The notes below the pieces were generated by a model. That model was not told where the DNA came from. It ran no database searches and was given only the letters and a program-made list of their open reading frames with translations. From Chrysomallon squamiferum (Eukaryota > Animalia > Mollusca): a stretch of 64,000 nucleotides of DNA. The stretch is taken from assembly GCA_012295275.1 (NCBI GenBank), contig CM022672.1:2480001-2544000 (forward strand), given 5' to 3'. A program made the position numbers and the translations under genes. Positions 35,970 through 49,345 of the stretch are shown in pieces; positions within the stretch are counted from its first letter, which is position 1; every line of letters starts with the position of its first letter.

Positions 35970-36714
35970 TTGTTATTTTATTTTCGCTTCGTCATGGACA
36001 TGTGGCTGGAACGGAAAATCCTGCCAGAGATAACGAGTCACCTGTCGTACCTCACCGAGACTCGATCAGTGTTTTATCAGATCCTTGACGCAGTGACCTA
36101 AGACTCTCCCCGGGTGGGAAATTGTCTTTAATTTATACTTGACTAATTTCTGATCATTTTTTTTCTAGTGTTACCATCAGCGTATTATAAATGAAAAAAA
36201 ATTTAAACTCTGCTCCAAACTCTTATCTCCATTTTTTATTTTTTTTTCAATTTTTTATTTATCTGTTTATATCTTTTTTTTTTTTTTTTTACGTCGTTCT
36301 TTAATTATTTTTTTTAAATTGTTTTTTTTTTTTTTTTTGTACAAGTTAATAGTATTGTCTATGCGGGTGGCCAACGAAACTAGCTGGTGTAACTTGACGA
36401 AACGGAAACGTTTTTTTTTCTTCTTCTTCAAAATTTGACAAACATATCATTAGGATAACCGTCCAAAAGAAGCAAAAAGGCGTCAGGGAGCTTAATGTTA
36501 GAAGATTAAGAAGAAAAAGTTGCTTTATAATGATTGACATTAATGATCGTCTGAAACATGAACAGTTCTAATTGTGTTTTGAAAGTATAATCCTTAAATA
36601 CAGTTCTCGACACTATGGTCAAATTAGGTAACACAATACAATATGGGAAAGAGCGAAGAAGAGGCCCAACTCCCAGCTTGATGTCTTTTTTTTTTTTTTT
36701 TTTTTACTTTTTTC

Positions 36715-36772
<58 letters not shown>

Positions 36773-38889
36773 ATCCTGGTTAACTACAGCTTCACTTAAC
36801 TTCCTAAACCCGGACTCAAATATCTTTACTTTGTTCACATGGTCTGTAATTTTCAGGCCTTTTAACGTCAATTTATTCATACTCATAAAAATATATTTTG
36901 CACGTTTTCTACTTTGAAAGTTTTCTTAATTAAATTATCATCTATCATTTATAGTTGAAAACACACCCTATGCTGTTATTTGTGTGTGTGTGTGTGTTAG
37001 GAACGTATCGCATGGTTGAATTTGACACTTTCACTGAATCGTTTAGTGATACTCATTTTACAGAATTTTGAGGTGTGTGTTATGTATTTGAAAGTGTTAA
37101 TGTAAAAATAAGGTACAGAAATTAAAGTGTTGTTATTTTAATTAATTTTGAAGGATCCACAGATAGTTCATATTGTTCGTGCTTTGTATGCGAGTGCTTG
37201 TTTGTGTGAGTTACAGTAATATGCTTGATCATAAATAAAGCTATAATCCTTAAAGTCGTTACCATTAAATTTAAAATATGAACAACTGAAACGAAAAAAA
37301 AAAAAAAAAATTCTGATGGAAATATCTTCTTTCCTTATTATTATTATTTAATTAAAATACGTAATTATTGTTGCTAAAAATGTCAGGTTATTAAAACTGT
37401 TTAAGAGAATTGTTCTTAAAGCTTTTTGTCTTATCAAGACATAAACTTACTACATATGTGTATATGATTCAAACTAAAATACTAATAAAATAAAATAAAA
37501 TAAAATGAAATAAAAATAGAGTAGAAAGAAAGAATGAAAAGATAAGAAACATACCTCCTGGTTATTCAAACAATCTGAATTAGGTTTTCTCAGGTAGACG
37601 TAAACAAATATCTTTGATTTAGATAACAGTATGCGTTTTAAACAGACGTAATAAAAAGAAAATAATTCTACATTCTCTGAGACATTTAACTAGTTTTTAT
37701 GCAAAGCTAGTTTCGCGAGGTACTTATGTTAAATGCTATAATCAAAAACAGAAAGTCTGCTGTTTTATTAGACAGTATCTTCCAGAAGAAAGGACCGAGA
37801 AGAGAAAGAATGAAGAGAAGCAATGCCAGAAAAAAGAAAAATTGAGACAGAACTAAATACAAACACATACAGAAATTGAAATTAAAGACACAAGGAAAAG
37901 AGGAAAGACAGATAGGCAAACAAACAGACAGAGAGAGGCAAAGACAGACAGGCAAACAGACGGACAGAGAGAGGCAAAGACTGATAAATATGGGGGAGAG
38001 AGACGGGCGGGCGAATCAACATTTGCTAATCTATCAGCTTGCAGTTATCTTACAGGCAGAACGTGACATACGGAGTAAGTGATCGGGTGGATGGGGTGGT
38101 ATTTCAGTCTTTACAAACCTGACATGAATGACGCGTTGACTGCGAGTTACACAAATGCTTTGAGAAAGACCGCACATGAAGCTGCATGCGTCAAAATGAA
38201 CAGGTCTTTTCTTCATGTTCTTTCTTCTTCTTTCTTTTCCCTCTTTTTTTGTTAGAGTGACAGACACCAGAAACGTGTTGAAATGCCTCCAAGCTTTCGT
38301 ATTCCGACACCGATAGAAATGAAACATTTTTTTTCCCCCCCCTCTAAACACATCGGATACAAAAATAAAATTATGTTTATTTAGGTTGCTGGTGAAAAAA
38401 AAAGAAAAAAGGTTGGATTGATAGAAAATAAAGAAAGAAAAAAAGAAATATGGATGATGACCACTTAATAGACTGACCAGTAGTCTCATTTACTTAACGT
38501 AAGTGTTTGCACACCGAAGCGAATTAGAAAGGCGTGAATCGGTTTTTAGTGAATCTACAATCAAGGGTGGACAACTGCCACTAAATGTCACCAAGGTCTA
38601 GAACACTCTCGAACATTCTTTTTTTTGTTGTTGTTGTCAAATTTTTTTTTTTTCTTTTCTTTGTTTTTCTTTTTTTTTTTTTTTTAAGTCTTTGTATATT
38701 GGATTTCTATTATTGGTCTCATTTACTGAATGATGTCGATACGGTTAAACGGTTAACATTACAGAAACGGATTAATTACTGAAGTAAACATTGCTTAAGA
38801 AAATTATTTCACTCTGTACAAAATTAATTTTGTTTTGATTCGGAATAAGACAACAAGAATTCAACATGAGCACACCATCCCATCAGCGT

Positions 38890-39030
38890 AATATCAGCGA
38901 GTTTCCTCTCCCACTAATCAAGTCATCCTTCCTGATGTATGTATGTATGTCTGTACAACGCCATACAACAGCAGATTAAAAACGTGTTGAGTGCGTCATT
39001 AAATAAAAACATTTCTGCCTACATTCCATC
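38890..39030 (+). mobile_element. SINE 3' fragment (resembles gastropod Nin-domain SINE)
   Basis: cagcgagtttcctctc ... acgccatacaac ... aaaacgtgttgagtgcgtcattaaataaaaacatttc. Related tails recur at about 32450, 50262 and 28720. The family name is recalled from memory and was not searched. Confidence 0.65.
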
Positions 39031-39943
39031 ATTGTATAAGATTCGTATCTTTTTGTATGGGCGTATTATTTTTGTTTATTCTCAGCTGATCGAGGACTCT
39101 CCCAGCTTTCATTATATGCCAGTGTCATGTGTGACACGCGTGTTTATACAGAACAGTCGCTCGTCTCTTTTTACTCAGTTATAAATGCAAACATCTCGCG
39201 ACTTGTCACATTTACAAACACTTGCCTGTCATTTGTATTATACACAGTAGTTGGAAATTATCACTGTATTCATTATCAGATTTTGCGAACACACACTGAC
39301 ACGTTTAGTAAACCAGATCTTCTCGTTTAGTTTATTTTTTGTTTTTTTTTGTTTCCATTTTATTTTCTTTATCGGTTATTGTATCAAGGTGGTTGCACCC
39401 TTTTACACTGTGTCAAAAATGAACAAGCTGACCCTGCAACATACACATTCAGTTTGGGATTAAGAATGATGAGGATGATATATGATAATGATGTCGAGGA
39501 AACAATGAAGATAGTGTAGTAATTAAAACGACAATAAAAGCAGTAATAATTATAGTAATATTATCATTCATGACAGATTTATCATTTATGACGATGACAA
39601 GATCTTATTTTCTAATAGTAACTCATTACTATTCCTACAGCACACAACAACTGTTAGTATTGTTACTGTGATTTTATATTTAGCGCTATGACTATTTATA
39701 CAACTACAGCGGATTTCCGATCTCTGGTATAGTGATGTGGAACCTATTCATCTGACATGTAATAAAAGTTAGTTTTAACATATTTTGAGATGTCATTTAA
39801 AAAAGTATCCATCCATTTAATCATTCAGTCATTGAATGGAATTTATTTATTTATTTATTTATTTATTTATTATTATTATTATTTTTTTTTTTTTTTTAGT
39901 TATTTAATTTTATTTTTATTTTTTTTAAATTTTACTTTACTCA

Positions 39944-40006
<63 letters not shown>

Positions 40007-42327
40007 TCACAATCTATGCACATTAAACGGAATTATTTTCACTGTCGGCCATTTTTTTTTGTTTTGTTTTGTTATTCAATTTCAAAATCCCAGAGTATCC
40101 GATAATAAATCCATTTTAAAATTTCATTTATAATTATTATTCGCTACCACTCTTGAAAACTGACGCGACAGACATAGAAAATCTGAAGGTTCAGCCTTTT
40201 AAGGTTTTTTGCAAAAATCGTTTTTCATTGGTGTACAAAATTTACGCATAATGATATTATAAAGAAAGGAAGTTAATGTTTTATTCAAAATGCACGGATC
40301 GTTATTAGCATGTTAGTTGTGTGTTTAGATTCTAATTCGTATTTCGCCAGTATATTTATTCTTAGATTTGAATATGCATAGTTTTCAAATCGATGCTCAT
40401 GAATTATAGATGAAATAATAATCTTTTTTTTTTTTTTTTTTTTTTTTTTAGACCAAGTCTTTATAGTATTTTTGTTTTCGTATACCACTGGTATTTAACG
40501 TCTGCATTTCAAGATGGGGAAACAAACAAAAAAAACAAAAAAAAAAAAAAAAAAAAAAATCTCACCACAGGACTAGATCAGTAAAATTAGAAACAAAAAC
40601 AATAACGGATATAATTGTGAATGAATTTTTTTAAAGAGACAAATATATTAAAAAATTAAAATTATAAATAAACAAACAATAATGATGATAAAAAATAATT
40701 AAAATCGATTAGAGATGAGAAGACTGGACCAGTCTGATCATAAAAATAAAATATTATTTACCACAAATTAAAACACACTGAGCAAACGTTTAAATAGAAT
40801 AATAGTAGTTACATTAGTGTTAATGAAAGTAGTGTTAGTGGTGATGGAAGTAGTATAGTAGTAATAGTAGCAGTACTAGTTATTTGGTTATTATTGTAGT
40901 TATAAGTTACAATAGTATTAATAACAGTAGTAGTAGATGTTGCTGTTGATGATGGTATTGCTCTTGTAATACATCATTACGAATAAATATCATAATAGAT
41001 GTGTCGATGAGAAATCGATGAAACTAAGCAGAATAACACATTGTGCCAATAAAACTCTGTCAGGGCCTGCAAATTAAAATCTTGAAAATTATGTAGAGTA
41101 GTCAACGAGGTAGCTGTTGTCTTTATTGATCAACAGCGGCACACAATCGAATAACCATTACTGCCTGTCAAGAATGACCCGAGTAATTTCAAAACACGCA
41201 GACGTTTTTGTTCAGCCTCGTTATCAGCCGGCAGGTTGTCATCACGTAGGTTCTTGAAAGGACAAAACAGACCCTTTACAGTTTCAGCGAAAACAAGGGT
41301 ATAAAAATATAATAGGAAATCAAATAAAAAGGTAAAAAAAAAACCAGAAACAACAATGAAGGACAAAGCCATAATGCAGCAGAAAAACAGCTACGACGTA
41401 AAATGGATGTAGATCTGTATTTACCGAAGGGAAGAAAGTATATTGTGCAAGAGAAAAAGATGGATATAAATTTATAAACATCTGAGGTGAGGAGATACAC
41501 TGACGAATGGTGATCTTTGTGAAATGACTAACCGATTTAAAATGTACGTATAAAATAATTTGTGTTAATAAAATTACTACCTTGTTTAATTCGACGGCTC
41601 GAATTTAACACATTCTTCTGCAAACTAACAAAATCAGCCATTCCTAACCTGGATGTTATTAATTTGCGTTTTTAAAAAATGTATGAAAAAACCAAATACT
41701 TTTTCATAGTTGAACATAAAGTATTTTATTCACTACATTTGAAATTCTAAAACAATAAAAAGTGGACCGTATCATTATTATTTCATCATCTTCAATATTT
41801 TATAGTCAGTGTTTACTTCATGAAGACCATCGTCACCAACTTCAAACAGGATAAAAATAAGAGTGCTGTGTTATTTGATTTGACGTCACTTAATTAATAA
41901 GGGGAAATACACGAAAAGAAACATTTGAACTCTAATGTTTAAAACGTAGCAAGTAAGAGAAACTGCAACGACAGCGACAAAGAAAACCAGCAAGTAACAT
42001 CTACATATACAAAGATAAAGAACTTTATATTCTTGGAAGCCTCCATGTCGAGAAATAATTCTATAGGAATTCTGTTTTTCTGAAACTATTAATTTATTTG
42101 TGTGCCAAGGCACATAATATTAATTCACTGTCTTTTATATTGGCAGTGTTCTGTGAGAACAGTATACATTTTAGAATTTGAACAGTGCGGGGGGAAAATA
42201 AAATTTGCTCCTGTTAAAATAAGTTCTGGGGACTGCAGTGATTCTTTAACTCTAGGAAATATTCTCCAGCTGAAGGAATCCAGATTTAGAGGGAAAAGTT
42301 ATTACTGCTGTCTTGAAGGTTAACAGA

Positions 42328-43336
42328 ATGGCGTCTGTCTCGTTGTTATTCATCTTGGTATTTCTTCTTTCAGGTAATTTTGTATTTATTTATTTTTTTT
42401 TTCACAACTCAGCATTTCTTTTATTTTCCTTCATCTAGTCTCTCCAAGTTATTTCTTTTTACCATCTTCGTTATGATCATCTTTATTATAATCACTTTGA
42501 GTGCCACTATCATCATCATCATCATCATCATCAGCTGTTATATTTATTATTATGTCCTTTTTTTTTTCAGAATTCAGGTAATAAATAGAACAGCTCTGTT
42601 ATATTCTGCCGAGTTATTTATTTTTTAGCTGAAAATTATGTAAGCGGTCGATTCTTTAATACGTAATAATAATAATTATTTTTATTTTTATTTTATGTTA
42701 CTTTTCATATCATTCATGTTATATCATGCGCACCATATTATATTATATTATGTCATAAGATAGCATGTTAATGATCTTGTACATTATACAGAACCACAGC
42801 AACAACAACAACAACAACAAACATCACCTACAACAGCATTAGTCAGAAAATCCAAAATATAAGACATTAACAGGATCAATTACGACAACACTAACATTCT
42901 CTATTGGATTCCGTTTTTTGATTTTCGGTTTTCAGTTACGGCATTATCGATAGCCCTGACGTTTAACTACACAACCGAGCCTACGTCGACGATGTTTTCT
43001 ACGTCGTACCTTAGCGGCAAAACATCGGACGAGGTCTGCTTCTGCGGCTGCTCGTTGCCTATCAACGGTACTGGCGTCGAGGAAGAAATCGCGGCGATAC
43101 TGGAAAAGCTCTTTCTGGACGCCACCACTACGTCACAGTATCGACGGAAACGAACGAGCGCCGAAGATGCACGACCGTCGGCGCAAGGAATAGGTTACAG
43201 CGGTATCTTGTGTCTCGTTGTCGTCTTCATGTTTGTTGTTCTCAGTGACGTAACGAATGTCTTCATTTATTTTGATAAGCATAAAAAGACTGCTAAGGAC
43301 GAATTTTTGGAACATCTGAAAAAATCTGAATTTTAA
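42328..43336 (+). CDS. Uncharacterised 148-aa single-pass type I membrane protein (mollusc CxCxC...RKxxSAxDxRPSA-TM family). Exons: 42328-42373, 42936-43336.
   Basis: ATG exon with a CAG|gtaatt donor splices in phase to the ttttcag acceptor at 42935. The product is MASVSLLFILVFLLSVTALSIALTFNYTTEPTSTMFSTSYLSGKTSDEVCFCGCSLPINGTGVEEEIAAILEKLFLDATTTSQYRRKRTSAEDARPSAQGIGYSGILCLVVVFMFVVLSDVTNVFIYFDKHKKTAKDEFLEHLKKSEF. It has a signal peptide, N-glycosylation sequons (NYT, NGT), a TM helix and a basic tail. Confidence 0.85.
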
Positions 43337-43748
43337 TGTAACCTATTCGAGAGAAAAAAATATAAACAAAAAGAAAAAAAACAAAAACAAACTTTTGTAA
43401 TATACATATTAATGGTAATTGTTTGATAAGTATTACATATTTTTTAATAACAGCATACCCATCTTTTTAATATGGACCCTCCAATCCAAGCACTGAAGAT
43501 AAGTAATTACAGCAACATATCAGTACTACTGATATCAAGACGTTGTTAAGTGTTGTATTTAATTATGTTTGTTTTATTTTGCTCAGTAAATTAAGAAATG
43601 TAAAAAACGTTTTACATTTTCATTTACGACACAGCTTTGATTTTCATTTGATATTGTTACAAAGACGAAAATTACAAGATCCAAATTTGTAACTGATGAT
43701 AAGTCTACTGGTAAATGATAAAAGCAATTTTTTTAATCAACCAAAGAG

Positions 43749-43829
<81 letters not shown>

Positions 43830-45105
43830 TATGCAGTTATTCAATAACTGATTATCAAGACATATTTTGCTGCACTGGTATTTGGAAATTAATAAAAAAA
43901 AAAAAAAAAAAAAGCCTTCCATCATCATTTAATTTGAAAACTACGTATTCCTATTATACGCATTTATTGTTGTTAATTCCAAGTTCAAAACGAGCCAGGA
44001 GAATAAAATAAAATTTAACTTTCCAAACTATGCTACCAGAACTAATGATCGAGAATCAGTTTGAAAGTTGTGCACCGGAGATTTACGATTATTACGAAAT
44101 ATCGATCACAGCAGTACTGGGTATTTTGATGATTGGCATTATAGATCACAAAAAAACAACAACAACAACAACAACAAAAACAAAAAAATCGCCTGAAAAG
44201 AAACTGTACACGACAAGCAAAAGAAAAGGAGTGAAAATGATCTCCGTTCCCTGGACCCATAAATAAAAACAAACAAAAACAAAAGACAGTTATGTGAATG
44301 GAAATGATCAGAACTGGGGATGCACTTGTAATACATATTTTGAATATTAACATATTAATATTAATAACAATGATAGTTATGATGAAGATAATAATAACCA
44401 TAACGAGGACACAACGTCAACGATAACAACAACAGATAATAATAATAATTTCCAGCACTTTCCACTTCATTCTATCACAATAATAGCATGTTTCGTTTAT
44501 TATTATTTTTAATTTAGCTAGCATAAAACCACATTTTCATGATCATATGTAGTCGATTATAACTATCACAACCAAACACTAAATCCATTAAAGAATTATC
44601 GATAAAAATCGGATAATAAATAAATCACGTTTAAAGGCTACTTTTTCTATCCAACGCGAAAGATGATTTATATAAATGTTTTCACAGACAAAAAACGTCT
44701 TGAAGCATTAGGATGGCACAGGAAAACCTATAATATTTCCATATTTACAAGAAAATAATTTAATCTGACAGCTTTTCGCCTTGGTAATAAGATCAATAAC
44801 AAACTGCTTGTTTTCGGCAAAGATTTGTTTTAATTTCAATATATTCTGTGCATGTTGCACAAGAGAAGAAAAATATATCACATGCATCTAAACACAAAGA
44901 AATTACTGTGATATCCAGTCTCTCTTAAGACAAGGATAACCGTAATAATTTATTCTGAAGAACTTTAAAGTGCAAAGAAATATCATTATGCACTTGCATT
45001 TATTTTTTAAAAGCTGAACAAACATGTTAAGGAAGCGTGACATACACACACACACGCATACACAAACAAACATCCATACACACAAACATTCCTTTAAATT
45101 TGAAA

Positions 45106-46632
45106 TTACTGACGTTTTAATTTCTTTTTACTTGAACCCTTAACACAACGTAACAATATAAGTGCAATCTTTACAAACACATAAAGCACAATGCCAAGTA
45201 CTGAAAAAATTGTTAGCCAAATATCACCATAAGCGTACTGAAATATGTTGAGATTATCTTGCCCTGGCTTCAAATGATCTGCTCCGAACTTCAGGACATG
45301 CTCTACGGCATCTGCTGCTCGTTCTCTTGGAGAGCCTGTCCTGTCCCTAAACAACAAAGAGGCTTTCTTCATATTGGAAGCATAGGACTTATTCTGCAGT
45401 GCGCTGGTAACAGAATCTACAATTTCGTCTGGCGTGGCAGAAACAATGTCCAGAGAAGTTCCAACACCAAAATGTTTCACTCTCATGGCTATGGCGAAGT
45501 TGTCTCCGTGCAGAGGTGTGCAAAGTATGGGAACTGCGTGGTACAAGGCTTCGTAGAACGTGTTCTTGCCGCAGTGGGAAACGATTAGTTTAAGTTTAGG
45601 ATGGGCCAGAATGTCACGCTGCGGCATCCACTTTACAATCCTGACATTTTTGACGATTTCATCATGTTCCAGTTTAAGAAGAACGTTTTCTTTGAGTCTA
45701 CTGAAAGCTGAAATAAGTTTTTCGACAAACTCTCTGTTTGCTCCTTTGACAACATCGCCAAAAGACACTAAGATGAATCCATGTGTTGATTCGTCGAAAT
45801 ATTTTTCCAAATCTGGTGGCAATGGCTTTGTTTTGGTCACTGTCAGGCCTCCAACTTGAATGAAATTAGGATTCTTGGCCTTTGGAAAATCAATTATGTG
45901 ATCAGCATTTTCAAGGTGCAGAAACGATGCTTTAAATATTTCTCGAACAGTCGTATTTTCAAATTTTGGCCCATAACTCTGCAGATTAAATTCGGAAATC
46001 ATGAACGTTGGAAAGAAAGACATAAACAAAGTGACGAATGAATTCATTACTCTTTCTAGAAAAGTCATACGGTTGGAGAACGTGGTGATCAAATGTGGAA
46101 ATGTATTTGCCTGGAAGGGTAAATTACAGTCAAAACCATCATGGACAGCCGAAACGGATACCGTAGGAACATCGATCAAATACGGCAGTGCAAAGAGACA
46201 ACGTCCGAACGGAAACCCATCTACTATGGCTATGTCAAATCCGGTTTCCGAAAGTTGAGTTAGCATTGCTTCGTTTGTGAGGTAAGAATGACAAAGTTGT
46301 CCAATAATTTTTCCCGTGTGCGATAAAGTCCTTAGAAGTTTATACTCTCCGCTGAACACATCCGACTTGAATTTATCCATCTCTGACTTGAAGGCGACCA
46401 ACTGTTCTGAACATGGATGAACCATCAGTGTTATTTTTTTGTCTCCAAGACATCTCGAGGCATCGTAGATCGATGGTAGGAGTATGGTTACGTTATGACC
46501 TCTGTTTGCTAATTCTGAACCAACTGCTGTGACCTCTAGACAGTGGCTGGTAGCTGGCAGAGGTAGCAAGAGGATATTCGACGCCCTGACATATGTTGTG
46601 AGCACAGCGAGAACGAAAAGTAAAACCGACAT
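45106..46632 (-). CDS. UDP-glucuronosyl/UDP-glycosyltransferase (GT1, animal UGT), 508 aa, intronless CDS
   Basis: Signal peptide, SH catalytic motif, RGHNVT, MTFLERVMN, ILVSFG, signature WMPQRDILAHPKLKLIVSHCGKNTFYEALYHAVPILCTPLHGDN, C-terminal TM helix and a KxKxx ER-retrieval end (KLKRQ). Confidence 0.95.
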   Translation of the reverse strand: MSVLLFVLAVLTTYVRASNILLLPLPATSHCLEVTAVGSELANRGHNVTILLPSIYDASRCLGDKKITLMVHPCSEQLVAFKSEMDKFKSDVFSGEYKLLRTLSHTGKIIGQLCHSYLTNEAMLTQLSETGFDIAIVDGFPFGRCLFALPYLIDVPTVSVSAVHDGFDCNLPFQANTFPHLITTFSNRMTFLERVMNSFVTLFMSFFPTFMISEFNLQSYGPKFENTTVREIFKASFLHLENADHIIDFPKAKNPNFIQVGGLTVTKTKPLPPDLEKYFDESTHGFILVSFGDVVKGANREFVEKLISAFSRLKENVLLKLEHDEIVKNVRIVKWMPQRDILAHPKLKLIVSHCGKNTFYEALYHAVPILCTPLHGDNFAIAMRVKHFGVGTSLDIVSATPDEIVDSVTSALQNKSYASNMKKASLLFRDRTGSPRERAADAVEHVLKFGADHLKPGQDNLNIFQYAYGDIWLTIFSVLGIVLYVFVKIALILLRCVKGSSKKKLKRQ

Positions 46633-47048
46633 TGGTAAAATGATGGTGATGGCGAATCTGAAAATATATTGAATTACATATACATATATATGTTAGAGAC
46701 GCAAGCACACACAAACATATATATATTTGGAAAAACAATGGACAGACTGAAAGAGTGAAATAGATAGAAGATGGAGGATAAGATAGATAGATTATATAGA
46801 CAGACAACAGATAGATACGTACATAAATACATTGATAAATACATACATAACAATTATGCAGTTAGATGTCGCTTCCAGCTTGACGTAAATCACCAGAATA
46901 ATATTTAAAACAGTTTTATGTGCTTTTGTATAACAAAAAATAAATTTCTCGTCTGTTTCTATAAGTCTATTTGTTTATCAGCTACTGGCAAAATAAGAGG
47001 CTGTTAGAAATAAAGTGCACAAAAAAAGCAAACTAAGTCTGTGGTAAA

Positions 47049-47061
47049 AGGTCAAAGTGCA
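47049..47061 (+). promoter_or_regulatory. DR1 nuclear-receptor (HNF4-type) element in the UGT 5' intron
   Basis: AGGTCA-A-AGTGCA, a direct repeat with a 1-nt spacer and a CAAAG core. Confidence 0.4.
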
Positions 47062-47196
47062 CTCAGCTTGACAACCGACCATCCGTAACGAAACTATCAA
47101 CATGCTTACATGAATACGTATTTCCCAACTTTAGCTCAAACAGCTAAATTAATTTTCTAAATAACTAAATGAATATGATTAAAGATTAATACTTAC

Positions 47197-47417
47197 ACGG
47201 AAAGTGTAATACTTGTGTGTTGATGCTAGATACTGCAGGACTGGTATATGTTCACGTATATTGTTGTTTGCGTGTGTCGTAAAGAAATACTCGGGTTGTC
47301 TCGAACGATATTTGTGTCTGCTATTCCCGGGCTATGGTCAGTGATTTTTTAACAGAAACTACAGTCGAGTCTGTTGTGTCAGACAGCTACGTGAAGCTGC
47401 TACATGTTAAAAATGTA
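47197..47417 (-). other. Putative non-coding 5' UTR exon of the UGT gene
   Basis: Minus-strand tctctcttttctag acceptor (47418) and gtaagt donor (47196). The coding exon has its own atattttcag acceptor 25 nt before the ATG (46658). Confidence 0.45.
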
Positions 47418-48406
47418 CTAGAAAAGAGAGACAAAATTTTAACCTAAATTAAACCACCACCGTGCTTAGATATCATTTTATCTCTGGAAATATCTATTAT
47501 ATGTTCATCTGCATTAACCGGCCACTTATCTTACAGGGCCACTTTAGATCTTATTTATTAATTATTATTACTGAATGGCCGATTAAATTTTTTTTATAAT
47601 TCGTAAGAATAAATGGAGATTTTATAAATAAAGCTATGCAATTTGTATTTTTCTATTTAGTTATTTTATTCGTTTTAATTTTTGTTGTTGTTGTTCCTGA
47701 AATTAAAATAAAATTGTTTTATTTTTTTCATTCATTCATTCATATTTTTCTTTCCTTCATTACATTTTGATGTGATTTGATTGGTTCGTTTTACTACATG
47801 AATCTTTATTTTTGTTACTACTATTACTACTTTTAACGCTGCTACTGCTACTACTACTACTACAGCCATTGCTATTACTACTACCACTATCTCTAATGCT
47901 GCTTCTTCTACTACTACTACTGCTACTGTTACTACCATTGCTAGTACTACCACTATTACTTTTTCTACTACTACTACTGCTACTATCATTATTATCATTA
48001 TTATTATTAACGATCATTGATCATTAACACAGACTAGATTCACGAGATTTGAAAGAGCAAACAAGCACTGTAAAATATGTAATTATACTGTTTGGTTTTG
48101 CTATAAAGGTTATTTTTTATTATTTATTAGCATTACATCATGGAGTAAATGGAAAATTAATGCAACTAGAATATTAAGGAACAGTAACCCTATCACTTCT
48201 ACGTGAATCCGTTGACAGGATTTCTTTCCCTTGGATCGTCCGTTTGACTTGTCCAAAATTGAGGGTAAATGTTAACCTTAATATCGACGAACGCATGCGT
48301 TCGGAATCCTGCTCGACTCGTGTTAGAAATCCCATTGTGACTAATTCTGATACTGCTGCTTCCATTGACGTATTAATAAAGAACTCTTTAAAAGCAGGTT
48401 TTATTA

Positions 48407-48408
<2 letters not shown>

Positions 48409-48501
<93 letters not shown>
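48409..48501 (+). repeat. (CT)n microsatellite. Similar tracts at 53470-53577, 54405-54479, 55186-55247, 59945-60051 and 60714-60813.
   Basis: Direct reading. Confidence 0.95.
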
Positions 48502-48504
<3 letters not shown>

Positions 48505-49226
48505 CCCTGAAAGAAAACCAATAATATAAACTGATGTTTTAGGGCAATAAACTGTAAATGAAGGGATGCGTTCAAGGTGTAACGGATCGCCCCTTCTGTC
48601 GCTTCCAAAGCTTTGACACTTTGCAGATAACAGCTTCATGCAGTGGGATGAATACAGGATGTTTGTATGTAATGTGATGTTTATTTTTAAAGTTTGACAT
48701 TTAGACATTTTTCAGAGGAACTGGTCCAGTTGTGAACTATTACAGAATGCATAATAACATCATGTAAATTGATAATACATTTCATGCACGCATTTTACGC
48801 ATACACGCACAAGTTACAAGTGTAGATTAAACAAAACTGAAACATCAAACAATGTTTAAATGCAAGTTAGATGATTATATCAACCCGAAATACATAGATA
48901 ACAGTACGTAAAGTAATAATTTAAAAAAAAAAAGTCTAAGGAAACGTGAGAGTTTATGTTTGTACGTAAACACTTTTTTAATTCACAGATCAGAATAGAG
49001 TTAACGGTATCTGAATAATTTTTCAATCAATGAATGTTGCAGAAAAAAATAAAATAAAAAAATAAAAACGATCTGTTTCGTTAATAACGCAGATGTCGTG
49101 TCACAATAACCTGTGCGTGACAAACTCAGTTACAGGGCAGAACCTACAGATATAAGTAAAAGAAGTAAAAGGAATTTATAACATTCAGCAATACAGCTGT
49201 AAGAAAACAAAATTAGAATCACCATC

Positions 49227-49261
<35 letters not shown>

Positions 49262-49313
49262 ATAGTACATACATACATACATACATACATACATACATAC
49301 ATACATACATACA

Positions 49314-49345
<32 letters not shown>

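Noticed and set aside
45259-46258. + strand ORFs overlapping the UGT (and 23983-24261 opposite SIL1)
   Set aside because: These are antisense shadows of real coding sequence.
48174-48708. ERERER / LSLSLS ORFs (also at 53345, 54851 and 59801)
   Set aside because: These are translations of (CT)n/(GA)n microsatellites.
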